From IMG/VR virus record IMGVR_UViG_3300005253_000166: a stretch of 64,000 nt of DNA. The stretch is one strand, 5' to 3'. A program made the translations under genes and the position numbers. Positions 47,001-56,904 of the stretch are shown in pieces. This DNA is from a virus. The notes below the pieces were generated by a model that saw nothing but the letters and a program-made list of their open reading frames with translations, searched no databases and was not told the DNA's origin. Positions within the stretch are counted from its first letter, which is position 1; each line of letters begins with the position of its first letter.

Positions 47001-48442
47001 CTGAGCGCGCATCTGTACTAGCAGGTACACCTGTTACTATTAGGGTTTCGGGTTCGACATATGGTAATAACTATTTTCCGAATCTGTATACAATGGTAAT
47101 GTATGAAACGTCTAATGAGACAACAGATTATTTAATTGAAGCTCTTCGAACAAAAGCCTATACTCCTCAATATGTATTTTGCAACGCTGCAGATTTAAGT
47201 GATTGTTCTAATCCTTGTGATTTTTTTGGTACTGGTGATATATGTGATGATTTAACAATAACGTCATGGAGTACTGATATCAATTATACAGCGTATAAAA
47301 CAAACGCGGTTCATTTCTTAGTAATTATTGGTTACGATTTCGATTTTTATGATAATATTTATTATGCAGTGACGTCGTGTGACGTCATGTGGTCTGGTCC
47401 CGATATCGAAGGTTGTATTTTGCCTTCTCCATACGACGAAGATTTAGACGATGATTTTAAAGTGTTTATGAATTCTACTACAGTAAACGTAACGATTGGA
47501 TTTGACCCCAATTGTTCTACTATAGTTCCTCGCAATGAAAAATATGTCACTGACTTCAGTATATCAGGGATTAACGATTCGTTTACTGGGGCAATTCATT
47601 CAAATATTACTGATATTGATATTACATTCAATACAACTGGGTTGACTAACGAGGTTACGGGTGTGTGTTGGGATAATAACGAAGATGGAGTATGGGATGC
47701 TTATGCTGGTTATGTTAATTGTCTTGACCCAGGGGTTGAGGGTGGTGGTTCCTATGTGAATATAACAACAGCATGTCCTAATGCTACTATCAATTGGAGT
47801 GCTAACTGGTATACTCCATACAATATTACAAGGAATGATACAAATCAAACAACTGTTAAAGTCCAGGTATTTGATAAATGCGGTGCTACAGTTGTTAATG
47901 CTACACAGGTAGCATACTGGGACAGAGGGACTCTTTTATGTTCCAACAGGGTTAGAGATGATGAGAACAACGAGTTGATAGGAAGTGGGTCAACATCGAT
48001 ATCCGACTATGGTGGTACTTGTGGCCTTTGTACTGACCATGTTTTAAATAATGATGAATCTAAAACAAGTTATTATGATACAGGCTATGATTATGGTGGT
48101 AAGTGGTGTGGCTATTGTGACTTAGATGAAACGAAAGATGAAATATGGATTGAAGTAGTAAAAGAATACGGCTTGGTGGCACCTTTCGATACAGGTTTGT
48201 GTGATGAGATAAGGGGTGTAATTACCATTGCTGGTATCATAATGATGATTATTATGTTGATACTTTTGGTAGGTCTTTTATTCTTGCTATTATTAGTGGG
48301 TATTCCTTTGATAATAATGGTTACTAAAGGGGTTGTATTTACTGTTGAATTTATTAGAAGGTTGAGGGGCTTAGCAAAGAAGCGTAAAGTTGGTCGCAAA
48401 TTGCTTCAAGCCTTGCACAGGGTGAAGCGCGGCAAATGTTAA
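44069..48442 (+). CDS. giant secreted structural/surface protein (1457 aa), Cys-rich N-terminal domain, C-terminal TM anchor plus basic tail
   Basis: signal peptide MKRLITICLISLLILVSFVSAA; dense N-x-S/T sequons; C-terminal 'IAGIIMMIIMLILLVGLLFLLLLVGIPLII' then KKRKVGRK. Confidence 0.6.
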   Translation: MKRLITICLISLLILVSFVSAAITSTFCESAGSHSVDCPTGCGDCAVTCTNPTYQTNDCWEQWTVYCITCSDPGDNYDVTFYANSSWTSDSNLADTCNFGNACFSSSNSCGGSDWIWAYSFWGYCGLADYGTLEGNVRVVDTGTFAGTSTASDTEAIAVKTEEWSTMPDAGEIYKTSVMKEVAAITQPYGYYTAQQLKMYYKGTTAYPDTYASHKIDTWDDVCTGGGTVCEALVDWDDYSELSSDAEDAFDDNKCSISCGAKSVATIQSTLRNGFPIIVKVDGSDLELEASGDTSLSTSWGIGDYAEYDGNLLVVGNDSSGYYVYHPYNQKQKYSYATFNNFYDGLACTFSCDIDSILGASAISVWSYDTVTLMPSGAYETGGIFDPFCGCWDYNGDGDYEDIGDECRHANVESGQDCCDDCPDVGVVYSGTEVTSSAWNAQVTMQENSSETIDIAFTAVASGNTDDRSAVFAETDITITWNNPTITGDIQYAAGGYDDDENDDGNLVKTYTIGFNASGSSSNGGNNYTNIWGAIWNIMFTTSGVVDKSYCVSNYTNTGQEVVDPESWCTSVCASCTFNDSEWTKIINHSYPLKANFTATVRLVTVNYGPSAGIGWSGTASINFSYTDSSLIPAFDSVVVNGINITDWNPPLTDPIIFNMNNTIFDEDYIQWMAVDYDDDDDTDRCYSRDLAYSLHCENNATFLDADFSGYWSDNQTSADNIQLFSITITADSLADANVNKNVSIQMATRLNISGWVKQEYQFQSATLIAELNLVDSDTDTWDTDYGDTIWYNLNDTQFNRYNSSFINIEEVNISAVDCYDNVLIKALCTVLGFLQLPDSWCYCVVESVTRRDWNHSPILGVCYDYTDDGTYDKCFSSHTADENYWTGFSMEDADKCDIGCDYTEHPETENWYLNYSLPGVGTGSGILEGYMCNIYENCDNDLQAYSFEAPNYIANCSIVENINTKVTYRLTGPTFHTERASVLAGTPVTIRVSGSTYGNNYFPNLYTMVMYETSNETTDYLIEALRTKAYTPQYVFCNAADLSDCSNPCDFFGTGDICDDLTITSWSTDINYTAYKTNAVHFLVIIGYDFDFYDNIYYAVTSCDVMWSGPDIEGCILPSPYDEDLDDDFKVFMNSTTVNVTIGFDPNCSTIVPRNEKYVTDFSISGINDSFTGAIHSNITDIDITFNTTGLTNEVTGVCWDNNEDGVWDAYAGYVNCLDPGVEGGGSYVNITTACPNATINWSANWYTPYNITRNDTNQTTVKVQVFDKCGATVVNATQVAYWDRGTLLCSNRVRDDENNELIGSGSTSISDYGGTCGLCTDHVLNNDESKTSYYDTGYDYGGKWCGYCDLDETKDEIWIEVVKEYGLVAPFDTGLCDEIRGVITIAGIIMMIIMLILLVGLLFLLLLVGIPLIIMVTKGVVFTVEFIRRLRGLAKKRKVGRKLLQALHRVKRGKC

Positions 48443-48449
48443 TTTTAAT

Positions 48450-48500
48450 CCCAAAAAAACCAAAAGCTTTATAAAGTTGCTTAACTTGTATATATATATA
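48450..48500 (+). promoter_or_regulatory. repeated promoter-like element E, copy 2
   Basis: follows the 1457-aa gene; precedes next transcription unit. Confidence 0.5.
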
Positions 48501-48622
48501 ATATTGTATTTTCTAGGGGGTTTGAATGATTAGGACTGATAGCCAAATAACTTTTGCGTTTATTGCTGATTCTCTAGAATTTGAAAAGACATTTGACGTG
48601 GTGATATAAAATCGGGTGGATA

Positions 48623-48838
48623 GTGGTGCCTAATAATAGTACAACTTTAGGAGGGTCAACAATAAAATTCTACTCTATCGCTGATGACGTTGCTTTAATT
48701 CACGACCGATTATTTGAGTTTATCTCTGCTGTCAGCCCTGGTGTCTATACACTTCTCATTGTTACTGTCACTTTTACTATAGTAATTTTACTATTATTAT
48801 CAGTCCGGTCTGCGATTACTCGTGTTGGTGAGATGTAA
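48623..48838 (+). CDS. small membrane protein
   Basis: ORF, hydrophobic C-terminus. Confidence 0.3.
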   Translation: MVPNNSTTLGGSTIKFYSIADDVALIHDRLFEFISAVSPGVYTLLIVTVTFTIVILLLLSVRSAITRVGEM

Positions 48839-48842
48839 GAAA

Positions 48843-48916
48843 GGCAATTTGGGGAAGGGGTTGTTTCCACTGGCATCATGAGCCAGAGAAGGTTGGTTCG
48901 AGTCCAACAATTGCCA
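48843..48916 (+). tRNA. tRNA-Met (anticodon CAT)
   Basis: hand-folded cloverleaf: acceptor GGCAATT/AATTGCC 7 bp, U8, D-stem GGGA/TTCC, anticodon stem CTGGC/GCCAG with loop ATCATGA (U33, CAT, R37), 5-nt variable loop, T-arm GTTGG-TTCGAGT-CCAAC, discriminator A. Confidence 0.8.
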
Positions 48917-48946
48917 TTCACATTTATTGAGAAAAAAGTGTCTAGA

Positions 48947-49138
48947 ATGAGTGATTATTTAATAACAGGTTTATCTGATTCTATGGGTTATATAGTCGAA
49001 GACCTCATGCAATTCTTTGCAAACCTTACTAATGGTTGGGTTGTTATGCTTCTCTTCTTAACTGTTGGTTTTATCATATTTATCTATTTTCGATTTTTTA
49101 GTGATATTGTCTCATTCAGATTTTTCGAGCAGGCATAA
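48947..49138 (+). CDS. small membrane protein
   Basis: track ORF 48878 overlaps the tRNA; trimmed to internal ATG 48947. Confidence 0.3.
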   Translation: MSDYLITGLSDSMGYIVEDLMQFFANLTNGWVVMLLFLTVGFIIFIYFRFFSDIVSFRFFEQA

Positions 49139-49140
49139 AG

Positions 49141-52100
49141 ATGAAAATGATTACATCTATAATGTTAATCTTATGTGGAACGATTTTGTTAGGTAGCATG
49201 GTATACTTTAGTGGTAATAAGCCATTGTTAGAAGGAGGTTTTAAAGAAATGGACACTAGAGTTTATGCAGGTAAAGGTTCCCCTATATCAGGAGATGAAG
49301 AGATTAAAATAAACCCTTACAAAACAAGATACACAGAAGATTACAAAGTTCTCAAAAAAACAGGAAACGAAAGTCTATTTGATGTTTCTTTTAACAAAAC
49401 ATCTGTTTTAGTTGCAAACTATACAGTTAACGATACTTATCCTAATGGCACTAATTATACTAGAAGAATAGTAAAATACAGAGAAGATACTATAATTTGT
49501 TTAGAGGCTGGATGGATTAATAAAAAGGTCTTGACTTATTTTTATAATTTAAACGGTAATATTACTGGTGTAAACAAAAACTATACTTATTCTGTTCCTT
49601 CAAAACTTTCTTTCTATAAAACCAATTCATTGTCTAAACAATCTGATTTATCTATGACACAAGCCAATGGACAGATTACAACAAGTCCATCTAATCCAAA
49701 GAAATTCTGCTATCAAGCAAATCCAGAGCAAGACTTTTATTTAAAGTTTGGAGATAACTCTGTAATAGTCATTCAAGATTCAAATATAGTTACAGACTCT
49801 TTATTAAGAAATGTAACAGCAGAAGGCAACTTCACACATCTTACTATAGATGATGACCCTGATGTTTATTTAGAGTTTGATGGTGATAATGATTATGTTA
49901 GTGTGGCTGATGATGACAGCTTGGATTTATCTACTAAAGCTACTTGGAGTCTTTGGGTAAAACGAGCCCAATATACTGATTTGGGAGGGCTTTTGAATAA
50001 ATATTTTTCTGCTGGTGGAAGGAGGTCATATACTTTGTTAGAAGCTAGTGGTGATAACACTGAAATTGGATTGTTTCTTTCTCCGAATGGTGCTAGTCCT
50101 GATGTATATTATACAACTAATGATTGTGCTCCTGTTGATGACGAATGGACATATATAGCAGTTACCTATGATGAAGGTTCAGCAATCTATTATAAGAATG
50201 GTGTGCAGTGTGATACTGATTCTTCTTCAGTAACCTCAATCCATCCTTCTTCTGAGCCCCTTTTGATAGGTTCTTCTTATGATAGTGACTTCAACGGCTC
50301 AATAGATGAAGTCCGTATTTATAATAGAAGCCTAAATGTTTCAGAAATTATAGAAATCTACAATTCTGGCAGGGTAGCAAATTCTTCATTACCTTCTGAT
50401 AATTTAACTTTATGGTTAAAGATGGATGAAGGTGTAGGAATATCAGCAGATGATTCAAGTGGAGAAGGAAATGACGGGACTTTAGTTGGTAATCCTACTT
50501 GGAGTACATGGGGATTGGGAGATAACTTAGTCGGCTATTGGAATTTTGATGGTGATAAAGTAAATACTCCATTAGCAACTTCTTATGATTTTACAAAGGA
50601 AGATAATGATGGGACAGGAGTTGCAGATGCTTTGGTTAATTCTACTGATTGTATGACTGGTTATGGAAATTGTTATCAGGGGGATGGTGTTGGCGATTTT
50701 ATCAATTTAGGAGACCCTGCATCATTGAGAAACTTCGGAAACTTAACCATTTCTGGGTGGTTTAATACAAGGGACAATACAACAAACTTTCAGGTGCTTA
50801 TTAGTAGACATACTACTACACAAGTATGGTTTATAAGGACAGACCCAGATAACTTTCAGTTTGATATTGAAACCGATGGGAGTCATCCACAAGTAAATAG
50901 CATTACACGTATTAAAAATAACATCTGGTATCATGTTGCTGGAGTGTATAATGGAACTGGCATGGGATTATATATAAACGGCGTTTTAGACAATTCGGGA
51001 GCAGCTTCAGGAACTATTGATTCTACCGCACAGACTGTTAGGATTGGAAGTAGAAATGGAGGTATGTTTATGGATGGTATGATAGACGAAGTAATGGTTT
51101 TCAATGCTTCTTTATCATCCGCACAAATCTTAGAAATCTACAACAACCAATCAGCAAGATTCAAAACAGAAGGAACACAAAAAGTAAGAGCAGTCAAAGT
51201 AACTAACGGAAGTACTTGGGATAATGGTGGAGATAATCGAGTTAACATAACTGTTGATTTTCAAGCAAATAAAAACTCAAATATCTCAGCAAGGATTGGA
51301 CAGATTAATCTTAGTGTTAATAATTCTGATTTATTATTTTATCTACCTTTTGAATGGAACGGTGCAGAAGATATTACTGGAAACGGATTTGATGGATTAT
51401 TGATTGGAGAAACTTTTATTAACGGTACAGGTTTAAATGACACAAGGGGAGCCCAATTTCAAGGGATGGATGATTTGATGAATTTAACTAACTCTGAAAG
51501 TTTAATTTTTCCAACAGGGGGATTCACTTTAGCGGTTTGGTTCAAAACTTTAGGGGGTGACTTAACAGCAAACCTTTTTGGTAAATATCCTACTACTGGA
51601 ATTGCAGGAAGAATCGCTTGTTTTATTTCAGGTGGAGATATTCTTTGCACTTTAGATGATGGGGCTTTACAGGTTGTTGCAGGGGGAGCTGTCAATGATG
51701 ATGAATGGCATCATATAGTATTATCTGTAAATGATACTAATCTAGCAGGATTTTTAGATGGAAATGTTTTTGCAGTAGATAGTCACGATAATACTTTGGT
51801 TACTAATACTGCAAGTTGGTCTTTAAGCTCAGCTATCCCAAATGCTCAATTTTCTTTGAATGGTTCAATAGATGAAGTAATACTTTTCAACAGAAGCTTA
51901 ACAACTCAAGAGGTTGTAACCCTTTATACAAGGTCAGCACAACAATACCACGAAGCATATTATACAGAATATCAAAACGTAACAGGAAACCCAACTAACT
52001 TTACAATAAATACAGAAGCAGACTTCTTATTTCCAGACTTTAAGTTTCATTCAGGTGCTGACCAGTTCTATACTCCTATAATTAACGGAAGTATGACTTT

Positions 52101-53382
52101 AGAGACTTGGAATGTAAGCTTACCAGCAGCATTACCAGACACAACACCACCAAAGATAAACTTTACAGCTCCAACACCAGCTAATGCTTCAACTCAATCA
52201 GAAACTTATGTGACTATAAATGTAAGTATAATAGAAACTAATCTAAAAGATGTTGTATTTAATTGGAACGGAACAAACACTACTATCTTTAATGATTCTT
52301 TAGTTTTATTTATGAACTTTGACAATAGAAGCGGTTTAGGAGAAACAACAGAACCATCTGGTAATGTATCTGTCGATATAAGCAATGGAGGAAATAACGG
52401 TTCATTTCAAGGAAATGCTACAATTAATTTAACTGGTGGAAAATATAGTGGAGGTTTGCAGTTGGATGGTCTTGGTAGTTACCTTGAAGTACCCTTTAGT
52501 CCTGATATATCTTCTAATGATTTTACTGTAGCTATTTGGTTTAAAACAAGTATTCAAACCGATATTGTTAATACAGCTTTTGTTAATAAGATAAACGCAT
52601 CTAGTAATGGGTGGTCGTTTGGTAAAAGACGGAGTGATGTTGGGGCAGAAGCAAATAAACTTCAAATTCTTATTGCTGATGGTAGTAATTTTGCCACCCC
52701 TGTATCTGATAATGTTGTAAATGATAATTTATGGCATCATGGAGTAGCAACAATAGATTGGACTGCTGACTTAGTATTATTATATGTTGACGGTGTTCAA
52801 CAAACTGAACAAGATAGTTTAAGTGCTTTTACTCAAGATAACACTAGAAACAATGACCCAATCAAAATTGGAGAAGTCGCATCTGACCCTACTCTTAACA
52901 TTTCATTTGATGAAGTAATGATATGGAATAGAAGCTTATCAGCACAAGAAATACAACAACTATATTTCACAAGCCTCACTAAATATAATCTTACAGATTG
53001 GAGTTTGTATGTAAATCAATCTTTAAACAGTACAGACGGTTTAACAGACGGAGATTACACCTTTCAGGCATTTGCTTCAGATAATAATTCTAATTGGAAC
53101 TTTACAGAAATAAGAACAGTTACAATAAGTACAGCAGATTCTTGTGCTTATACAAAAAATACTAATTGGAATGTTGAAGACCATTGTGTAAAGGTAAATG
53201 AGTATGTAGATTTGGGTACTGGGAATATGAGTATTATAACTGGTGGTTCAGTGGTGTTTGAAGATTCTAATGTATCTATGGGTTGTTATTCCGTGTATGC
53301 TACAGATGTGGATAAGGCGTTTATAAATGTATCATGGACAAGTAATGATTATTGGTTTAATACAACTGAATGTTTAAAATAA
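49141..53382 (+). CDS. giant secreted protein (1413 aa) with four LamG/concanavalin-like jelly-roll repeats
   Basis: four repeats ending 'IDEVRIYNRSLNVSEIIEIYNSG', 'IDEVMVFNASLSSAQILEIYNN', 'IDEVILFNRSLTTQEVVTLYTRS', 'FDEVMIWNRSLSAQEIQQLYFTS'; N-terminal signal/TM. Confidence 0.65.
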   Translation: MKMITSIMLILCGTILLGSMVYFSGNKPLLEGGFKEMDTRVYAGKGSPISGDEEIKINPYKTRYTEDYKVLKKTGNESLFDVSFNKTSVLVANYTVNDTYPNGTNYTRRIVKYREDTIICLEAGWINKKVLTYFYNLNGNITGVNKNYTYSVPSKLSFYKTNSLSKQSDLSMTQANGQITTSPSNPKKFCYQANPEQDFYLKFGDNSVIVIQDSNIVTDSLLRNVTAEGNFTHLTIDDDPDVYLEFDGDNDYVSVADDDSLDLSTKATWSLWVKRAQYTDLGGLLNKYFSAGGRRSYTLLEASGDNTEIGLFLSPNGASPDVYYTTNDCAPVDDEWTYIAVTYDEGSAIYYKNGVQCDTDSSSVTSIHPSSEPLLIGSSYDSDFNGSIDEVRIYNRSLNVSEIIEIYNSGRVANSSLPSDNLTLWLKMDEGVGISADDSSGEGNDGTLVGNPTWSTWGLGDNLVGYWNFDGDKVNTPLATSYDFTKEDNDGTGVADALVNSTDCMTGYGNCYQGDGVGDFINLGDPASLRNFGNLTISGWFNTRDNTTNFQVLISRHTTTQVWFIRTDPDNFQFDIETDGSHPQVNSITRIKNNIWYHVAGVYNGTGMGLYINGVLDNSGAASGTIDSTAQTVRIGSRNGGMFMDGMIDEVMVFNASLSSAQILEIYNNQSARFKTEGTQKVRAVKVTNGSTWDNGGDNRVNITVDFQANKNSNISARIGQINLSVNNSDLLFYLPFEWNGAEDITGNGFDGLLIGETFINGTGLNDTRGAQFQGMDDLMNLTNSESLIFPTGGFTLAVWFKTLGGDLTANLFGKYPTTGIAGRIACFISGGDILCTLDDGALQVVAGGAVNDDEWHHIVLSVNDTNLAGFLDGNVFAVDSHDNTLVTNTASWSLSSAIPNAQFSLNGSIDEVILFNRSLTTQEVVTLYTRSAQQYHEAYYTEYQNVTGNPTNFTINTEADFLFPDFKFHSGADQFYTPIINGSMTLETWNVSLPAALPDTTPPKINFTAPTPANASTQSETYVTINVSIIETNLKDVVFNWNGTNTTIFNDSLVLFMNFDNRSGLGETTEPSGNVSVDISNGGNNGSFQGNATINLTGGKYSGGLQLDGLGSYLEVPFSPDISSNDFTVAIWFKTSIQTDIVNTAFVNKINASSNGWSFGKRRSDVGAEANKLQILIADGSNFATPVSDNVVNDNLWHHGVATIDWTADLVLLYVDGVQQTEQDSLSAFTQDNTRNNDPIKIGEVASDPTLNISFDEVMIWNRSLSAQEIQQLYFTSLTKYNLTDWSLYVNQSLNSTDGLTDGDYTFQAFASDNNSNWNFTEIRTVTISTADSCAYTKNTNWNVEDHCVKVNEYVDLGTGNMSIITGGSVVFEDSNVSMGCYSVYATDVDKAFINVSWTSNDYWFNTTECLK

Positions 53383-53389
53383 TGAGGCA

Positions 53390-55993
53390 ATGAAAATGAA
53401 CAAAACAAAAATTTTCATGTTTGGATTTTTATTATGTTTAATGGTAACTACTGTAATTGCATTCGAAGTAGTAATTAAGGATTCAACATCAACATTCAAT
53501 ATAACAAATTCGACTCGTATGACTATAGAGGATAGTGGTACTAATATATCATACTACCACGTGAACACTACATATGTCTATGCGAATGAAGCATTATATC
53601 AATTAGGAATACCTATAAACAGTTTGTTTGTTGGTGTTGACTGGGATAATAACACTTATTATGGTAGTACATTAAATTCTACAATTAATGCTTCAATAGA
53701 TGTTAGAGTTGACGTAACTTTCTTACAAAACCTTTTAGACGCAGTTTATCTAGCCATTTCTAATTTAGCAATTGCAATTCAAAACGAAACAATAATAAGA
53801 AGTGGAGTTAATGAAAGCTGGATAAATGAAACAGTAAACCTAAGTTATATTCCTTATTCTGGAGCATACAGAAACATAGATTTAGGTTCTAATAATGTTA
53901 CAGTTAATACAAACACATTCTTTATTGATTCAACTAATAAAAGAGTAAGTATAGGAACAACTGTGGGGTTTGACCCAAGACCAGGTCTAACTGTTTCTGG
54001 AGATTTTGATGTAAATCATACAGCAACAGAAAATGATGACCATGCTGTTGAGATAATTGTTGATGCAGCAGGATTTGGAGATGTTAAAGGTTTAGATATA
54101 GTTTATATAACAGGTGCTATATCTTTAGGAGAAGATGAAGAAGTTATTTTAATAAATATAGATGAATCATTAGCAACAGGAGGAGATGTTGTAGCATTAG
54201 ATATATTAGCTACAGAAGGTTCAGCAACTATTTATGGAATGGAAGCTGGAGCATTAGTTAATCCTATCATACAACTTTCTGGAACTTTTGTAAATATGGA
54301 TTCTGCAAACAATTCAGGGATAGATTCCTTAATTAACTTTACAAGCACTACTGCGGATTCAGTTATTTTCGCAAATGATAATGATTATGTGACAATAGGA
54401 GATGCAGATAAATTTGAAGAGATAGAATTTTTGTTAAACACTACAGCTTCCAATCCAGGCATAAAGCCAACTTTCGAGTTTTCTACTACAGGAGTTAATA
54501 ATTGGACTATTTTCTCTCCAACAGACGGAACAGAAGGAATGAGGCATACAGCAATAGTAGCTTGGCTTGATGAGGACATTCCAACTTGGGCGAAAGGAGC
54601 AGGAACAGAATACTTAATCAGGATAACAAGAACAGCAAATTCTTTAGCAACTGTCCCAATAGAAAATAAAGTTCAGATTGCTGCTGTTGTAATTGCTAAA
54701 TGGGATAAGGATAGAAATTTAGTCGGTATAAATGAAATAAATGCCAGTAAGATTAGAAGTGACAACTGGGACAATGTTTCAACAACAACTTCTCAAATAA
54801 ATGATTTACCAATCTGCGGTGGTGGAGAGTTTACCACCTCTGATGGAACAGTCTTTACTTGTGCTACTCCTGTAGGCGGAGGAGGGGGAGTTGGAGATAA
54901 GTGGGTAACATCTGGTGGAGATTTTATTTCTCCTAATACTACTTTTGGTTCTAAAGTAAATGCCACTGGCTATACTGCTGATGGAGGGACTAATATATCT
55001 AAAACAGATGTAAATACAACTAATGTTTTTGCTGCTTTGTTTTATAGGGGAGGAACTGAGATAAGTAATATTTATGCAGCTATAACCTATGTTGATACAA
55101 GAGTAGATTCTATTGATAATCATACTGCTACAGTAGATACAACAATAGGGAATGAATCTGTAAATGTTGCTTTAATAATTGACACTTATATTCCTGATAA
55201 TGCAACTGCTGATAGGGCCTATACAGATACTAGAGTAGATTCTGTTGATAATCATACAGCTACAACAGATACAGATACACAAAGAAAAGGAGATGGAATA
55301 GTACTTTACAATGATTCAGATACTATGTATCTAAATAGAACTTGGATAAATGAAACATCAAATGCTACAATAGATGCAAGAGTAGATACTTCTTTCTTAC
55401 AGAATCTTTTAAATGCTATTTATGCTACTTTTGGTTATGTTGATAATAGGGTAGATTCTGTAGAAAACTTCACAATACAAGATATTAATGATAGCTTCAA
55501 TAACTTCTCGCAATGGCAAGGAACATACCCAAACATAGATACAGATTCAACAGATGATTTAGATACTGCGAAGTTGGATAATGGTAGTATAGTTAGAAGC
55601 CACAATACAACTTGGTTAGATAGTTGGTATTCTCCAATAGGATATTATACATTAACAAATTTTACTGTTCATTACGCAACTGTGGGTTACTATACATTGA
55701 CAAATTTTACAAGCCATTTGAGTAATGCAGATATTCAAAACTTTACAATACAACAGATAAATGATAGTTTTGGGAATTGGTCACAATACTTAGGGACTTA
55801 CCCAAACATAGATACAGATTCAACAGATGATTTAACAAATGGAACGGACGCAAATCTCGGAGCAATAAACTCAACTAAATTGGTATCTACTCAAGCAAAT
55901 ATTACTGGAAACAGCTACGTTTGCAATGCAACTGGGGAAAGTTGTTTTTATTGGAGTATTAGTGGGGGAAATTTATTATTGAAAAAGGTATAA
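53390..55993 (+). CDS. secreted repeat-rich structural protein (867 aa)
   Basis: signal peptide; internal repeats 'TDTRVDSVDNHTAT' and 'NIDTDSTDDL', 'FLQNLL(D/N)A(V/I)Y'. Confidence 0.55.
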   Translation: MKMNKTKIFMFGFLLCLMVTTVIAFEVVIKDSTSTFNITNSTRMTIEDSGTNISYYHVNTTYVYANEALYQLGIPINSLFVGVDWDNNTYYGSTLNSTINASIDVRVDVTFLQNLLDAVYLAISNLAIAIQNETIIRSGVNESWINETVNLSYIPYSGAYRNIDLGSNNVTVNTNTFFIDSTNKRVSIGTTVGFDPRPGLTVSGDFDVNHTATENDDHAVEIIVDAAGFGDVKGLDIVYITGAISLGEDEEVILINIDESLATGGDVVALDILATEGSATIYGMEAGALVNPIIQLSGTFVNMDSANNSGIDSLINFTSTTADSVIFANDNDYVTIGDADKFEEIEFLLNTTASNPGIKPTFEFSTTGVNNWTIFSPTDGTEGMRHTAIVAWLDEDIPTWAKGAGTEYLIRITRTANSLATVPIENKVQIAAVVIAKWDKDRNLVGINEINASKIRSDNWDNVSTTTSQINDLPICGGGEFTTSDGTVFTCATPVGGGGGVGDKWVTSGGDFISPNTTFGSKVNATGYTADGGTNISKTDVNTTNVFAALFYRGGTEISNIYAAITYVDTRVDSIDNHTATVDTTIGNESVNVALIIDTYIPDNATADRAYTDTRVDSVDNHTATTDTDTQRKGDGIVLYNDSDTMYLNRTWINETSNATIDARVDTSFLQNLLNAIYATFGYVDNRVDSVENFTIQDINDSFNNFSQWQGTYPNIDTDSTDDLDTAKLDNGSIVRSHNTTWLDSWYSPIGYYTLTNFTVHYATVGYYTLTNFTSHLSNADIQNFTIQQINDSFGNWSQYLGTYPNIDTDSTDDLTNGTDANLGAINSTKLVSTQANITGNSYVCNATGESCFYWSISGGNLLLKKV

Positions 55994-56001
55994 AATGCAA
56001 A

Positions 56002-56904
56002 ATGAAAAAACTTATCTATCTTTTATGTTTGGTTTTGATGTTTAAAATGGTAGCGGCAACTGTAACTGTTGATGAAGGGGAGAAATTTGCTCCATCTGGT
56101 TTGTATAATGTTACGTATAGAATGAACAGAACTTTTAACGGTATCACAATTATAAAATTAAACTCCACTTGTCTTACTATAAATACGACAGTATATTGTA
56201 ATTCTTCAGCTACTCCTATAACTATCAATATTTCAGAAGTGCTTGTTGAAGATACAGCAGCACCGACATATTCTAACTTTCAAGATAATGCGAGTGGCGG
56301 TACAAAAAATTCAACAGACGTTCAATTAAACGTCACTATAATAGATGCGACGGCAATCGATTATTATAGAATTGCGACAAACAATACAGATGGAAACGTG
56401 TTAACAAATCAAACTATTATAGACGCTGACAATATAGCTTCTCTAACAGCTATTTTCAATGAATCATTAGCTTGGTTCCCTGTGACAGGAGGAACTCTGG
56501 GATGGCAAATATGGGCAAATGATACAGGGGGGTATTCAAGTGTAAGTTCCATACAAGTCGTTACAATCCAAGCAACAGTTGATGTAATACCACCATCAAA
56601 TTTAACCATAACAGTAATACGCTCTAGCGATAACTGGATTACTGCTAATTGTTCTGCTGATGATAGCTCAACTCCAATTACATACGATTTATGGATTGAA
56701 GATACTGTTAGTGGTGTTGGAATAGAATGGGGCTCTGAAACTGGCATGACGACATGTGCAAAAACTTTCACTCAATTATGGGACCATGTTACGTATCGGA
56801 TATATATGAATGCTACTGATAGTGTAGGAAACTTAGGTGGCGCAAATATAACTCATTATACTCGCCCTTATCAATATAGGTTGGGTGTTCATGTTGGAAC
56901 ATAA
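56002..56904 (+). CDS. secreted Ig/FN3-like beta-rich protein
   Basis: signal peptide MKKLIYLLCLVLMFKMVAA; Thr/Asn-rich beta pattern. Confidence 0.45.
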   Translation: MKKLIYLLCLVLMFKMVAATVTVDEGEKFAPSGLYNVTYRMNRTFNGITIIKLNSTCLTINTTVYCNSSATPITINISEVLVEDTAAPTYSNFQDNASGGTKNSTDVQLNVTIIDATAIDYYRIATNNTDGNVLTNQTIIDADNIASLTAIFNESLAWFPVTGGTLGWQIWANDTGGYSSVSSIQVVTIQATVDVIPPSNLTITVIRSSDNWITANCSADDSSTPITYDLWIEDTVSGVGIEWGSETGMTTCAKTFTQLWDHVTYRIYMNATDSVGNLGGANITHYTRPYQYRLGVHVGT

